64,000 bases of DNA from positions 43,402,001-43,466,000 of the forward strand of contig NC_087251.1 of assembly GCF_037042905.1 (NCBI RefSeq). The letters run 5' to 3'. The stretch's first letter is position 1, and the number at the start of each line of letters is the position of its first letter. This document shows, piece by piece, positions 26,376-41,027 of this stretch. This DNA is from Lytechinus pictus. Lineage: Eukaryota. Both the position numbers and the translations under genes were made by a program. A model generated the notes under the pieces. It saw only the letters and a program-made list of their open reading frames with translations, had not been told where the DNA came from and did not search any database.

Positions 26376-28879
26376 CAATTCTTTTCTTTTTTCTTTTGAA
26401 GTGTTTTAATTTTACACTTAATTTTCTTGCTATTTGCACGTTCAGCAGTATATCCATATCAAAGCTCACACAGCGCGAATACTCCTTGAGGTTTTTGCGT
26501 CAGGTACCGACCCAAAATATTTTCTAGTTCTATTAAAGGGAGTTTTAATGAGAGGAGAGAAATCAACAAATAAATTATCAGATGAATAAAAAAAGATAAT
26601 AATGGAAGAAAGAATGATCTAGATAGATAGAAAAAGAGAAGGATTTAAAGGAATAAAGAAAGAAGGAAGGAAGGAAGGAAAGAAAGAAAGAAATAAAGAA
26701 AGTAAGAAAGAGAAAAACAAATGTATGAGAATGAGTGGACGATTAAAAAAGATACAGAGAAAGGAAGAGAGGAAGAAGGGGGGGGGGGAGGGGTATATTG
26801 ATTTGATAGATATTCTCGAGCCTTTTCTAGTATTTGCATGGGTTGCCGCGTTTATTGTACGATCGCTTCACTTTCATTTTGAAAGACGGTTATGAAATAA
26901 TGCACCAATTATTGCATAAACCAATGATTACCTTTATCTATTAGAATGGGTGGTATCGCAATCAATATTACTGCAGTAATTGAATTAAAATGGCGCCAAA
27001 ACAATTACCAAAGGATACCACAAGATGACAGAGTTGACAAGTGAAATGCACACACACTCAATAATAACTGAACAATTATTTGACATGTCCGGGTAATTAG
27101 AAAAGGGAAATGTATACCGGTGTGAAATACACCGGTGAACAACTTTACAAATTCTGGTGACATTGACCTACAGTTTTGTAACACACCTTAGTTCATGACA
27201 TATTGAAGCATTCTGGAAAGCATATCGAATTTAACATCTCCCTGACTCCTTGAAATATATTATGAACATCTAAAGTTTAAACATTCTTCCATTTTTTGAA
27301 AGTAAAATAATTAATGTCTTTCTTTTATTTACACTGCATATTCACTGTCATTGTTTATATATCAAAGATTTGATTCAAGAGACCAGTCTTGGTTTTTCTG
27401 TTACATGTCTATCCTCCCAAATTTTGTTGGTATTACAGAAATATTCGAACTCGTGATACGTCATTTTGATTTATGTTGTATTTACATCACGTGACTTACA
27501 TGCTTGGATATAATCATGGCCGCACGCTTTCACTCGTTTTAACCCCAAGTCAATAAATCTTTCCGCTTGATGCCAATCTTGATAATTACCAAGTGCACAT
27601 GGATTACAAATATAGATTTCATCGCAATTTATGATTTTCCCTGCCAAATTATACAAATAGATATATTTGAAAGGAAATTCTGTTATTTAAGTAATTCTAA
27701 ATTTTAATCATATTTATGCAGTATTTCTAATCCAACCCAAATAAATAAACAGTTGTTTATAGAGGAAAAGGTAAACCAGACAAGTAGATAGGTGAAAGCT
27801 TGAACAAACAACTAGAAAGTTGTGTTTGTTGCAAAGCTGTGAAAATTTGTATATTCACTATACCCAAGAGGACTTCAATTTGGTTGCATGATCGGCGATG
27901 TCATCATGGTCATAGTGATGTTAGGCAAGGACTACTCTCCCATTTACTTCAATACATGAAATGGCTAAAATGTCATTTTTCCGAAAGTATATTTGGTAAC
28001 TTCCCTCTTGAATTTCCTAAGAACTGTGTCGAGAGTTGTAAATAGTTTTCATGGAGGTCAACAACTTACTGAACTAAACCCAATGGGGGTATAGGCTAAA
28101 TGATAAATTGTTAATGTGTGATGATATCACAAATTAATAAGAAAATGTTTCCCTATCATCTCGTATCGAATGTTTCAACCAACATGGATGCGGAACATGA
28201 ATGAGTCCCTGGAGAAATAAAAAAATTCTTCCAAAACATCTTTCCTGCGTGATTATCTAAATAATTTCCTCGTTCGTTTCCGCCGAGAGTTCTTCCCGCG
28301 CGATTTCCACTCTAATCTCGCAAGTGATGTTGTGTGATTGATTGCTGCGATTAGACTCAGGTTAGTTGGAGGCAGAAAATATGGCCGAGGAGTAATTAAA
28401 ACGATGACACCCAAGGGGGGGGGGATGATGAAGAAAATGATGATTTACCTCGGATTCTTGAGCTAGATTATCTCCGGATCGTAATATTTTAGGATGGAGG
28501 TGACCAAAAAGAAAAAAAGACCTACATGATCTAAGGGTAATTTAGAACTGATGAACGGGTCAAGTCCATGGGCATTTTATTTGAAATTAAATTGCACGTG
28601 TTGCTCCATCTCCCAGTGTGTAGTACGGTTTCGTAAAATTTAAAAGAAAAATCATGGCTTTTAAAATATGTAGAAGAACATTCAAAGGGGGGGGGGGTCA
28701 ACATGTTTTTACCCACATCCCCATTCGACTTAATTTTTTTAAAATAGGAATTCGCTAATCAATGTTTAAAGCATACATAAATCACCAAGGTCTTAAAAGG
28801 CAGCAAAAGGATAATGATCTGTAATCGACGAAATATATTGCCTTCATTGAAGAAATACCTGTGCGAAATATTACACCAT

Positions 28880-29171
28880 TCACCCATGATTTCACACAGT
28901 GGCATACACAGTAAAAAAAAATAGCACGTTGTTTAAGCATGTCACTCTAACAACAGGTTGTTTAAACTTTTTTTCTAATTGTTTTAATTTTTTAAACAAC
29001 TTGTTTAAAAAGATTAAACAGCTGTTCATCCATTATTTCACACAGTGGCATACACAGTAAAAAAAATAGCACGTTGTTTAAGCATGTCACTCTAACAATA
29101 TGTTGTTTAAACTTTTTTGTAATTGTTTTAACTTTTTAAACAACTTGTTTAAAAAGATTAAACAGCTGTTT
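28880..29171. repeat. 146-bp tandem duplication spanning a MITE insertion junction
   Basis: ATTTCACACAGTGGCATACACAGTAAAAAAA...AAACAGCTGTT occurs at 28889 and again at 29035. Confidence 0.92.
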
Positions 29172-29252
29172 AAAAAGTTTAAACAATAGTTGTTTAATAG
29201 AGTGACAGGCTTAAACAACGTGATTAAAAATTTAAACAGCGTTTTTACAGTG
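29053..29252. mobile_element. Complete MITE, TA|CACAG...CAGTG|TA
   Basis: TA flanks on both sides; arms CACGTTGTTTAAGCATGTCACTCTA / TAGAGTGACAGGCTTAAACAACGTG. Confidence 0.85.
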
Positions 29253-31076
29253 TATAATGGTCCAACAAATTGAGCCCCCCACCCTTCTCCAAATTTATAC
29301 GTCATTTATACGTCAAATATTGAGGAGATTTGCAATATCATTATGCCTATATTAAACTAATATTCTCATGCAGGTTGTAATCTGGTAAGTACAAACATAA
29401 ATTTATAAAAAATCATTTCCATTTCACACGTTTCTTCACTTTTAAACATAAATTCTTACCACATTAACGGGATGGGCTCGATAGGTACGTGTATTGTTTG
29501 ATTTCGGAGCTATTAGGTATCACGACTTAACTTCGACTGAAGGCTATAGCTGATTTTTTTCTTTAAAAAACGAATGTTCCATGGAAAATACATGTAACAC
29601 ATTACAAAGATTAAAAGATCATACCTCCCCACCCTCCTTCAATTTTATATCAATGCATGTAAATAACCGCGGATGATTATATTCCATAAGAACGCTTCAG
29701 ATGCCGTGTGCTTTGGAGATGAAAAATCAGACTCCTGGCGCTGACGTTATTTTAAATTTTTCTTCACAATAAGTGATATTTCTCGACAGGATATAACATT
29801 TGTGGAAGGGAAATGCTTGAAAACTCGTGATTTGTAACCTGCCGACAGACAAGTTCAGATATCATCTTAAATAAAACAGTTCAATTCAGTTTAAAGGTCA
29901 CTCTTGTCTGGGGATGATGTTATGTTTATGTCATCACATTAAAGTATGTAATTTGTTATTAATTTTTCTCGCAGGTTCTGCAAGAAATTGAAAGTCCAAC
30001 CAAGTAGAATAACTGATGGCATCTTCCTATACTGTTGGTTTGAATGGCGATTAGTCATATTTGACTATTGTCGCCATTTACTGTATCTGAAGTATCTCAC
30101 TTCTCGTCAGAACATAATAAAATTACCAAATGATGCAACGTTTTGGATAATAAAATAATTCCTGAAGAAGTTCTATGACCGAAAATTTTGAAGATTGTGT
30201 CTCCTCACAGCGTTTTCATTAAGTCTTCTTTCGTTTCTACATTCTGACGCCGACGCAGAATTCTTTGATACATATTTATAGCTTTTTATCTATTGCATCA
30301 TTTCAATGTGAATACAAATGATAATTCCCCAATGATTATTGATCCTTTTTGCTATTTGATTGGCATTAAAACGTCTCACCAAAACAAAACCCCTTAAAAT
30401 GCTAGGGCTTAAAATGCTATGGTAACTTCAATATCGATAGCACAAAAACGACACAGAGGAGCCTTAGGCAAGGCAGTTATCTACATTTGCCACTCTCCAT
30501 CCAAGTGTGGGAGACGGTAGCCGTGCTAAATAAAATGCATCGCTTATATGAACCTTCGGTATGTAAATGTTGCATCATCAACGTTAGTGTTAATAATTGC
30601 TATTAAAGCGATATGAATCGTGCACATTTTCCCCAACAACCCCCCCCCCCCTTCATCTTTGCCTTTTCCGTCTGACGGCAGGTGCGCACAACCACTTTTC
30701 ACTTGCTCAGTACGTTCAATCCATGATGTCACCAAACCCCAATATCCCTCTCTTATCCTGGTTGTGGTCAGATAGGATTCATGTTACACGTTACTTACAC
30801 CTTAATCAAAATGCGATCACGGTATTCTATTTACATGAAGACATGTCATATTTAGCTATGACCCCCCCCCCCCCCGATGCCCCGGGCACCATTCAATTTA
30901 CCAATCCACGAATTCATGACAAGAAAAGAGACGTGATACCAAAGATGAATATGATAATTGGAAAGTGCAAAGAGCATTGGGGTGGCTGATAAACTACTTC
31001 ACCCGACATGCGTGGTATCTGAGATCAAATAACGGAGAGATTCGTGAACATGAATTTGTGTTATGTGGTACTTGCA

Positions 31077-31177
31077 CAGTCACATCAAGGAAACCGATTC
31101 CAAATCGACCGATAGTACGTAACTGGAAATAACGTAGTAGATTGGTCGGTCTGGAGTAGATTTTTCCGATGTGACTG
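31077..31177. mobile_element. ~100-bp hairpin MITE, copy 2
   Basis: CAGTCACATC...GATGTGACTG termini; homologous to 5829-5928. Confidence 0.75.
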
Positions 31178-34175
31178 AACTAGTCTTCGTTTTATCATCC
31201 CTCGCCTTGATTCTTGCGAATAACGTATCATCAGATTGTTATTGACTTACTTGGATACATACCCTCCCCTTGAAAAAATAATAAAAACGAATACATGAAT
31301 AAAATGATATAAATAAACACAAATAATTTTTTTGAATGAATACAAAATAAAAAGGAATAAAATAAAATAAAAGGTACAGAATAGTAATAATATTTAATTT
31401 AATAATTGAAAAAATATAACCATCCTATATTATGAAGGACGTCCAGTCTCTTACTTACTTTAGATTTGTGTTAAATACAAGCCTATATTGTTGCTGAAAT
31501 AGTTTAAATATGCCTGAATATATACATCTATGCAATATCGCATAAATAGAGGTTAAATGAATCGTTATACATATCACGTTCGAATTCCATAAGACTATAG
31601 TCTTACATGATTACTACTCAGTTTTCATTTTTATTCCTGAAATACGTTTACTAATAATTGCATGTATGAATGGAATCGAAAGACAGAATTGAATTTAGAA
31701 TGTTTTTATGTCAGATTGTGTTGTTGTTTTTTCTTGTAAATCCTATTCGGTTCTATACGCATCCCTCTTTTTTGGCACCTGTGGCAGCTGAGACACTCAT
31801 TCACGGGACAAAACAACAAAATTCCTCCTTTCTTGATTGACAAGCAATGGCATAGGGTGACGTCAAATTCCAACAATTAGACACAATAAAAAGAGGAAAA
31901 ATCAAAACGAAAACTTGATTATTCATTGAACAGATTAGCATTGTACGCGTCAAATTACTTTCAATTGAAGAAGATAACCTCGGGAGTGTATCTGTCTTGA
32001 TTCTCGAAGGGTGATTCTAATTCGTCAAAACAACGCGATTAAAAGCATTTCAAACGCCGTTTTCCAGACAGAGTCCCAATTTATTTTCTTTTCCAAATCA
32101 CCCTCGATCCGAGGAAAGTCGCATTCCATGTCAGTAATGTTGGGAAAGGGCGCGCGTTTGGTTTTGTCTGATCGGGTATTTGTCCAAAAAATGCAATAAA
32201 TTCAATAAAATGACTAGTCCTGTCTGATTTCGAGCACAAACACGTTCAATTTGTCCCCCTTTGATAAGAAATAGTAAGAAGGTCAGCTAAACACAAGTTC
32301 ATTGTTTCATATGTTGTCAGGGAGAGAGAGAAAAAAAAAACTGCCAGCATAGCTGTTAAAACAGCTAAAATATTACGATCCGGAGACAAATATTGCGTAT
32401 ATTTGAGTTGCATTTTTATGTCCCGCCATAAATCTCGTCATCCGTTTTATGATGTGACGTTTATACACCTAGATCAGAGAGTTCTTTATTCATATCAACC
32501 ACCGTGGCGACATCGAGATGGTCGGGGGACAAAGACCTCGTCTTGAACTTCAAGAAATCGTTTAAAGACCTGAAGATGGCTGGGGAAAGTAAGGTCAAGG
32601 CTATTAAAGACGGCCCTTAAAGGAACTATGGTAACGGTCATGGTTAATAGAAAAATGCATTATCTGGCTGCGGCTGGATTGCAGAAATTTTTACATACAA
32701 ATTATTTTGCTATTCTATAAAGATATTTCATGACCTTTGTGAAGGAATTAAAGTTCTGTGTGAAATACAAATTCCCTCTTCATGCTATTTGAGAATGTGA
32801 TTGTCTCTTTTTTTCATTGTGTTTATAACAACTTAAATATTGAGCATGTTTAGTAGGCTCGTAACAAAGCTCCATTGACTGTATCTTTAAACTTCAGACT
32901 CATAACTCTCTTTTTCCTCAAACTGAATTTTACGAAAATAATGAATATTCAACTCTGACCTTTCGACCACACTGTCTAAAAGTCACGGATCTCCTATCAC
33001 AACCATGGTCCCCTTCATTTGGTACAAAGATATACGATATACTACTAGGGTCCCCTTTTCGGTAATCATTTTTTTTTTTTTATAAATGGCACTTCAAGCA
33101 TCTATCTCACAAATTTATTGAATGTACATCAACAACCTACACAAAAAATATTATACCCGGAATCTTCAAACCATTTCATACTTGATAAGTGGTTTAACAA
33201 CAAATAAACTATTAAAAAAACCACATGGATTGGACAGCATGGACACCCGATCAAAATTTGTTATTTTCATGTAAAATCCAATAAAACACATAAATACTTT
33301 ATACCGAGTTCAATGCATGGACATTCATATCACAAATTACAAATTGGAACAGAGTGACTTTCATCCTTTTTCGGGGGGGGGGGGGGGGGGGGATTTGCCA
33401 AAACTTAAAATAGGCTTTAAAAGGTAAACAGATGGAAAAAGAAATGTAATTTGATAATAATATTTGATGCGGTCATAGGCTACCCTTCGACCAAGACAAT
33501 ACCGGGCATGAATGTCAGACTTGGTACTAAACTTGATCCTCGTAAATCAGTGGTCGACTTTTATTTGCAGGACCGAATTGCATTTTTGACCACAATAAAA
33601 GTGGACAAATTTGACATTTTACTCGCGTTCCGGCATCACATGCATGATTGGGTCATGTTTGGTAGTAAAGAAAGGTTTTTATTTACAATAATTGTGACGA
33701 CATGATACAGGAATGTTTTTCATGGAGGATTTGGAGATAATTGCTACATTGTATCACTGAGATGCAGGATTGACTTGGTTCTATTTCTTTTTTTGATAAG
33801 ACTGACTCATGACCCACCTAATCAATTATGATTATGACTGATATCTTAACCTGGCATGATATCACGATAACCGCCCTTTTTTAAAAATAATACTTTTATA
33901 TATGATTGTACAATTTGATGACGTTTTCAATTGATGATTAAGAATGAATTTTTTTAATTTGAATTTTGAATGATTATGATATTAATGTGAACATCAATAG
34001 TGAAACCGAAATTATAAATTGCAAAGTAAATACTAGTCCTTCATTAAACAACAACGACAACAACAACAATAACACATATTTCTTGGATTGAAGGCCAAAA
34101 TTTGATTAATTCTTCTTTTTTATTATTCTGGAAAATTTTCCTCGGGTAGTTTTACTGTTGAATTCCCGAATAGTA

Positions 34176-34234
34176 TCGAAAGGGCGCCTTGAATCGTATC
34201 GACAGTCGAAAGGGCGCCTTGAATCGTATCGACA
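34176..34234. repeat. 30-bp period tandem duplication (TCGAAAGGGCGCCTTGAATCGTATCGACA x2)
   Basis: Two exact copies. Confidence 0.95.
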
Positions 34235-34281
34235 CGTGTTACATACAGCTGTCACACTACACGTCACATTTTTGTGCAATT

Positions 34282-34513
34282 AGGGGCGGTGCCACTATAT
34301 TTGGATAGGGGGTGGGGCTAATCGAACTAACTGTGACGTCATATTTGTTTTCTCAATTGAATTATAGGGATATTGTAGTATTACACGCCCCCAAACTCTT
34401 CTTGCTTGCTTACTTCTTCTTTCTTTCAATTTTCTCAAATTTTCTCCTCTTTTTTCCCACTACTTGAAAAAAAAATCATAGGGGGTGTTGCCCCTGCTCC
34501 TTTGGCACCCCCT
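34282..34513. mobile_element. Possible short TIR element (AGGGGCGGTGCCA...TGGCACCCCCT)
   Basis: Imperfect terminal inverted repeats with G-rich subtermini; no clear TSD. Confidence 0.35.
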
Positions 34514-35387
34514 GGCCCGTATTCTGAACTCGGGTTTAAATTGTAGTTTAACTATGAAGAGCCAATTGGGGAACAAATCTCTATTAGTACATGTTCAATT
34601 TATTAACTCTTATAATAATCAAATCATTTATAATTGTCTCGGAATGATAACTGAGATATTTTGTTCATTATGAAAGCAAAGAGATAGACAAAAAAGAAAT
34701 ATAGAAATATACAATTTAAGCAGATTTTTAAAAAGTTTTTGGCTCCCCATAATTTTAGCACAGAGTTAGAGCATGGTCCTAAGTTACTGATTTCCACATA
34801 CGGGCCCATGTGTCTAATATAAAGAATATTGCCCATTCTCTCGGCTCCTAAAACCACAACTCACGTTTGCACAAACTTCATGGCATCATAAGATGGGGAT
34901 ATTGAGGTTGGCAAAATATTCAGGTTGGCAGAAAGATCACGAAGTTCATCTCAACTTCGATTCTAAATACCCTTTTCAAATTTGTTTTTCATTTGGAAGG
35001 ACCACGTATTTTTGAGGTTATAAAGTCTATTTTCGTGCAGCGGTGTTAGCCATCTGGGAAATAAAATGGAGTTTTATTTTACGTCATCGGTTGGCTATGC
35101 TCGAGGAATCGCTATTGTTGAAATCATGAAAGGAGGGATTCCCTTGGTATTGATTCCACTATGCAGGAAGCTTGACAAGAAATGGTATTTTAATGAGAAT
35201 TTAACAATTACTGGCAATATTGAGGCGAGGTGAAGCGTTCTCCCACGAGAGAGGAAAAATCAATTTATTTCCATAATCTTTCACGTAATACGTTGTCAAT
35301 GTGTATGGTGGTCTTTTTGTGTAATTTCACCAATTCCCTATCTCAATCATTGATGATGATACACTACCACTTCTAAATCTTCTGTAT

Positions 35388-35403
35388 CTACTACTACTAC
35401 TTT

Positions 35404-35452
<49 letters not shown>

Positions 35453-35466
35453 TACTACTTCTTCTT

Positions 35467-35519
<53 letters not shown>

Positions 35520-35574
35520 GCTACTACTACTACTATAATGCTAATACTACTACTGCTGCTGCTACTTCTACTAT

Positions 35575-35609
<35 letters not shown>

Positions 35610-35626
35610 TAACTACTACTACTACT
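35388..35626. repeat. (TAC)n microsatellite
   Basis: Direct inspection. Confidence 0.98.
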
Positions 35627-36711
35627 AGGGGGTAATAATTGAATAAATTATACTCTTTCTCCAAAGGGTAATGTTTTAAAGGAGGTGGATTTACAAAATC
35701 ACAAAAATGAATGTAAATGGCATCATCAAATATTTGTTATATCCTGATGATATGAAGAATGTGTTTTTATTTATTTTTTCTCGGCATGGGGTTTGCAGCC
35801 CGAAACTTGCATGCAGCAACAGTGGTGATGATATAAGTGTGCTTGGGCGACTTCTAAAGTTTCATAAAATCCCAAAGGATCACATGATAGTCCTTCATGG
35901 GACTTATCTGATACAGTAATACTCCCATTTTATATGTTCATATGAAAATGTTCTTTAGAGGTGCATGCATTGTTTATCAGTATGATTATTCTCTCATACG
36001 ACAGGATTTAATTACAGGTACATGTGTATACACTGTACCATTCCATCCTTTTCGCGTGCCATAATCCCTACGAAGAAGGACTATCATCTATAGCCCCCCC
36101 CCCACCCCCAATCAGCCACGGCAGCATGATATGATAAATATAGTCATAGTTCATCAATGTTCTACGGAATGACTCATTTCATTCGTGATAGATGGGACTA
36201 TCAGCCTCATTTTTAATAGCCAAGTTGACGCAGTTCGTTCTGTAAACTTCCCTTCTAATGAGTTCTATACTTAGATACGAAGGTGATATTATCGGCGTTG
36301 CCGTTTACATTGGCAAGTTACTATCAACACCACTGTCTTAAAAACATGTAGACTAAAATATGATGATACGTTAGTGTTTGTCATATTAAAAAAAAACCAA
36401 AGACAAAGTACGAAAGCCAAGATCTTATGCACCTGATTTTCTGTTGTCCAGTTGTTGAAATATTTTGGAATGAAGTGAACAAGTGGTTAGTCAATTCATA
36501 CATTCTTACTTTGCCTATTTTTGTTTTGGATATTTGTTTTGGAGTCAAAAGAAAAAAAATAGTCTTATCAATACCATAATATATTTTCTTTATTTATAGA
36601 CAGAAATATAATAAGAAAATGCTGGTCTTCAAACACTTTCAAAATGACATTTTTTTTGTTGAAAAAGTAGAGCGAGCAATCGCAGTAAAACAAGGCAAAC
36701 TTTCAGTTTAC

Positions 36712-37480
36712 CTTGATAAATGGAATCCATTGAACAAGTCTCAACACGTTCTCGCTGAATTGTAACACTTTTTCTCCTCATGTATATGATTTATTATCCG
36801 CTCTACTACAAGGGTTCTTCTTCATAGAAAACCAAAGGGAAAAATCAACACAAGAAAACTGTTGCTCAATTTGTGAAAGGCCCGCCAAAAGATGGCGATA
36901 TTTCATTACAAAGGGCGTCGAGACAACAACATACAAGGATTTGAATGGGGAACCTAACTTGATATCATTATCTCGCTCTTCCATTTTCATTTATTTATTT
37001 GCTCACATTCAAGGAAAAATATCCAGCCGTATGAATCATTTCATGTGGTGGTGGATGTCTTAAGAACAAACAAACGAAGAGAAGTTTTAGGTTTTTGTTA
37101 TAAAGAAGAAGGAAATAATAGTCGAAACAGGTGGATTTGCCAAAAACACTATACCAAGCAAACAAGCGAGCCATTTCACGAAGGGCCAGCATCACGTGAT
37201 CACGTCAGTTCATATACTTCAAGAGCACCATCTCATCGTCCATAAAGAGTTTTCACAACTACTACGCGGACGCTTTCTGGAACGTAGAGAATATATTGTC
37301 AAACGCCCTTCATGACAAAGAAGTCTTTGTCGAAATCGCTGAATCAAAACAGCAGTGTCGTCCTAGACTCTGGACAAACGATTTCGTGCAATTGTCGTCA
37401 GATCCGGATCGGCTGTCCCGGTTCACCGACACTCGACAAAGACCCCCAGCTAATAAGTAACTGTTTATCGAATTCCCTTC
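36712..37480 (-). other. Candidate alternative first exon with short coding start (MDSIYQ + phase 1)
   Basis: ATG at 36730, 6 codons + 1 nt, donor AAG|gtaaac at 36712; upstream ~750 nt is CpG-rich unique sequence. 5' boundary is approximate. Confidence 0.4.
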
Positions 37481-40400
37481 GTAGTTACTTCATGGACAAT
37501 TTTGGTCAAGTGACCTTTCATTTCTTTTATTATGATAGACAGATTAATTTTCAAAGCAAGATATTACGTAAGCATGCCTTACATAGCAGGATGAAGAAAT
37601 TGAATAGACCAAGTGACTAGAATAGCACATCAAGGTATTTCTCGCATTTCTACTTTGAATGCATATTATAGCATGTTGTACAATGTACTTGGCAAACTGT
37701 TAAATACCAGTCGTTCGTGGACACATTGTTGTTTTATGTAGATGTATGTAAAACGCAATTCAAGAGAATATATGAATAATCAAGACATCGAAGTTGGTGC
37801 TTATCTCATTAAATCTTAAACCACCATGTCACTTTAGTACCAATGATCTTCCTCTGATCATGCGCAGAGTGGAACTGGCTTAATACAGTTTATCACGTAG
37901 GTGTAATCAAAATGTGAAGAAAACATTGAGACTTTTAGATATTTGTATACTTGTTAAATTATTGGCTCTCAAATTAAAAAAAAGGGATCCGCTGACATGG
38001 AGCATTATTTTCTGTAAAAAGGGTACTAACATTTTGTCTGCTTGTTTGGTTAAATAAGTGCACAATTTATTTGATGTGTAAAATATTTAATTTTGCAAAT
38101 TGAAACATCGTTAGAAAGAATTAAAAAAAAAATAATTGAAGAAATCTCCTATGAAATACCTCATTTAGATTCAAAACTCTCATCTTCTACACATCGTTAT
38201 ATTTTTTTAGTCTAAATCACACAAATTTAGAGTAAAACAAAATTTGTTCCCCTGATACAACTAAAAGATGCGAGATAGCAAGATAACAGTGTGATAAAGA
38301 AAGACAACAAAGGCAATTAGATCACAATTTCTTTCAAGATTTTCTTCATAATAATTATTCTTGATTCGATCCTCTCCCCTGATAAATGGGTAAATGATGA
38401 TATATGGAAGCATAATATATCACCCATTAGCATTTCAGACTTCGGGATAAAAACGTGACTCGAATTTTTATGCAATTTCTTGTGTTACTTTGTGTGGGAT
38501 GTTTCTATGTTCTTTTTTAAATATATAGATTTACACTGTAACGAAAGAGTAAATTTCTATCTTATAATGACCACGCTCATTGCTTTTCCACTCATAAATA
38601 AAAGTGATTTATTTCTGCCGCTTTAATGCTAACATTCTTTCATTTCTCCAACAATAATTGTCAACACAACAGAAGAGGATAAATATGTAAAAGGAAATAA
38701 GGAAAAGGAGTGTTTCTTTAAGAGAAGAAAATATAATCAAATTTGCACAATTTCTAATGATGAATCGAAGTTCTGCGGCAGGAAAATGCATTTACTTTTT
38801 TTTAATGATCAACAATAACGACTTTCCCGCAAGATTAAGTCTCTTTGATTGAGTGTGTTCATGGCGATTCAAATTTGATGGTGATGCCCACATATTGACA
38901 ATGAAAATCCTTCTGATGTTTTTCATTGAATTCGTGTTTTTAACTGCTCATTTTCTTTTGTTCTCATGGTTCTTCCTCCTCCACACTTACCGGGTTCAAC
39001 GGCCGGGATAAAGGGACCGTGGTCCACGGATTGACAGTTACGTCCTTCCCTTAAGATTAATGAGAAGACATCTTTGTGGACTCAAAGTGAAAGTAACTTG
39101 TCGGAATATACTCTTTCCTCAGCCCACTATGCAAGGCCTCGTCTAACAAAGAGTTTCAATGGATTAAAATCAATCCCAATTGCGATTGATCAATAATGTC
39201 GTATCTGTCGATTATACAAATATAGATCAATTAAAGCAAAGGAAAGAAACAAACCGACAAATTGATAAATTACTCCCCCCCCCCAAAAAAAAAAAAATTA
39301 TATGGATGAATATATCGATGAATGAAATGAGTAAATAGTGAATAAATAAATAAACAAATAAATAGATAAATAAATGAATGGATAAACAAATGAATATATA
39401 AATAAATAAATAAACACATAAATGAATAAATAACTAGATAAAAAAATAAATTAGAAGATTAATTCAAATCAGTAAAAATGAAAATATCCCAATGTGGATA
39501 GACACTATTAATTTTGTCAACCGTTACATATCATTAAAATACTTCAGAGTATGAAAATAATGTGCTATCATGCTATCTTCAAACTAAAGACATCAAATGG
39601 GGAGGGCTGACCATCACAAACAGGTGGTAATGTTTTTTTTTATTTTTTTTTTTTTTTTTTTTACTTTTTTGTAAAAAGGGACCCTGATCATGTTATAAAT
39701 AAACAAAGATGAGATAAACGTCAGACGTGTCAGATTATTTTGGGCGAGGAACAAAGCATATCAACCTCGGTGAATTGTCTGATCAGATGTTTTGTTGGCT
39801 TCATGCATGCAGGTGGTTGGTAATAAATCCATGAAACCTTATCAACGAGCTTCCCTTTATCGCATGGTTTGATAACATCAGTGACACTGTCTTAAGTCTC
39901 ATCTGATTATCGAAAGAGAGGGTTTGTACAGCGTGAATTCATATAATAAGGAAATGATGTATGCTTAAAATACTCATTCTCTTTTAGAGTTCTTTTACGA
40001 CATGTGTGTCTCTGTATGCCCTCCCATACATAGGCTAGGCAGTGTCCATCATTGAAGACGGTGAAAGATTACAAAGAAGAAGAGAAATAATTGGGTAGGT
40101 AGATCATTTTAATATGAATAAAAATGAAGTGAGAGTCGCATCTAACTTGCTCTGACATTTTCATCATACCTTTGCCGATATATAAAGATGGTGCGCCAAA
40201 AATGATAAAAATCTGGAGAGTTTTCAAGGCAACTATAACGTCGCAGTAAACTGAATCAGATTTACGAAACACTAAAAAAATACCTGAAGATTCACCTACA
40301 CTTGCGTAAATGAACTGACATACGAAATAGTTGATCTGAAAATTCTTGCGATTGATTGTACAAAATACAAAATAGAAGAAAGGAGAAAAAAAAGGAAAAA

Positions 40401-40825
40401 TAAAAACTGGACCATCGGTTACAAACAAGCAAATTAGAAAAAAAAACGACGAAAATAATATTTAAGGCTGCTTATCAGGACATGAAGCTCGATATATAAT
40501 ATTGGATATTGGTTTTTCTTGACAATTTACTGAAATTGGCAAGTGGAAATGGCGGCTTCGTAAAGAAAACGAACAAAATTGCAGCATCACATACAGACGA
40601 CCCGAGGCAGTTGTCTCAAGATGGCGCTCTTTCAAATACGAGACTTACAGATGAATGAGTCGGCATCAAGACTTTTGTTTCGATGCAGATGATCTAACTC
40701 GTATCCATTGCCACAAAATAGATTGGTCTTTGTTTCAACAGTTTATGATAATCAGATTCAGCTTTTCCATGTGTACATCCTGATGTTTTATAAATCTTCC
40801 CATCTGGTTGACCAAACACAAGACC

Positions 40826-41027
40826 CAGGGGCGGATCCAGGAATTTCCAAACTTGGGGGCACATTTTTCCGATGAAAATTTGACAAGCAAAAATAAAAGG
40901 GTCCTCACTTTCAAAGGGGAGGGGGCACACTTGGTTAAAAGCGGTGTATTTACATTACAAATTTTGTTTGTGGCTCTTAAAAGGGGACACGGGTCGGATG
41001 TTCCCCCCCCCCCTGGATCCGCCAGTG
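40826..41027. mobile_element. Short TIR element (CAGGGGCGGATCCAGG...CCTGGATCCGCCAGTG), hAT-like
   Basis: 12-bp perfect core TIR GGCGGATCCAGG; flanks CAAGACC / CTAGACC form an imperfect TSD. Confidence 0.8.

Noticed and set aside
33006..33017. 12-nt match to miR-133 (TGGTCCCCTTCA); similar 11-nt miR-9 matches near 17950 and 60887
   Set aside because: Matches do not extend to a full mature miRNA and no precursor hairpin is evident.
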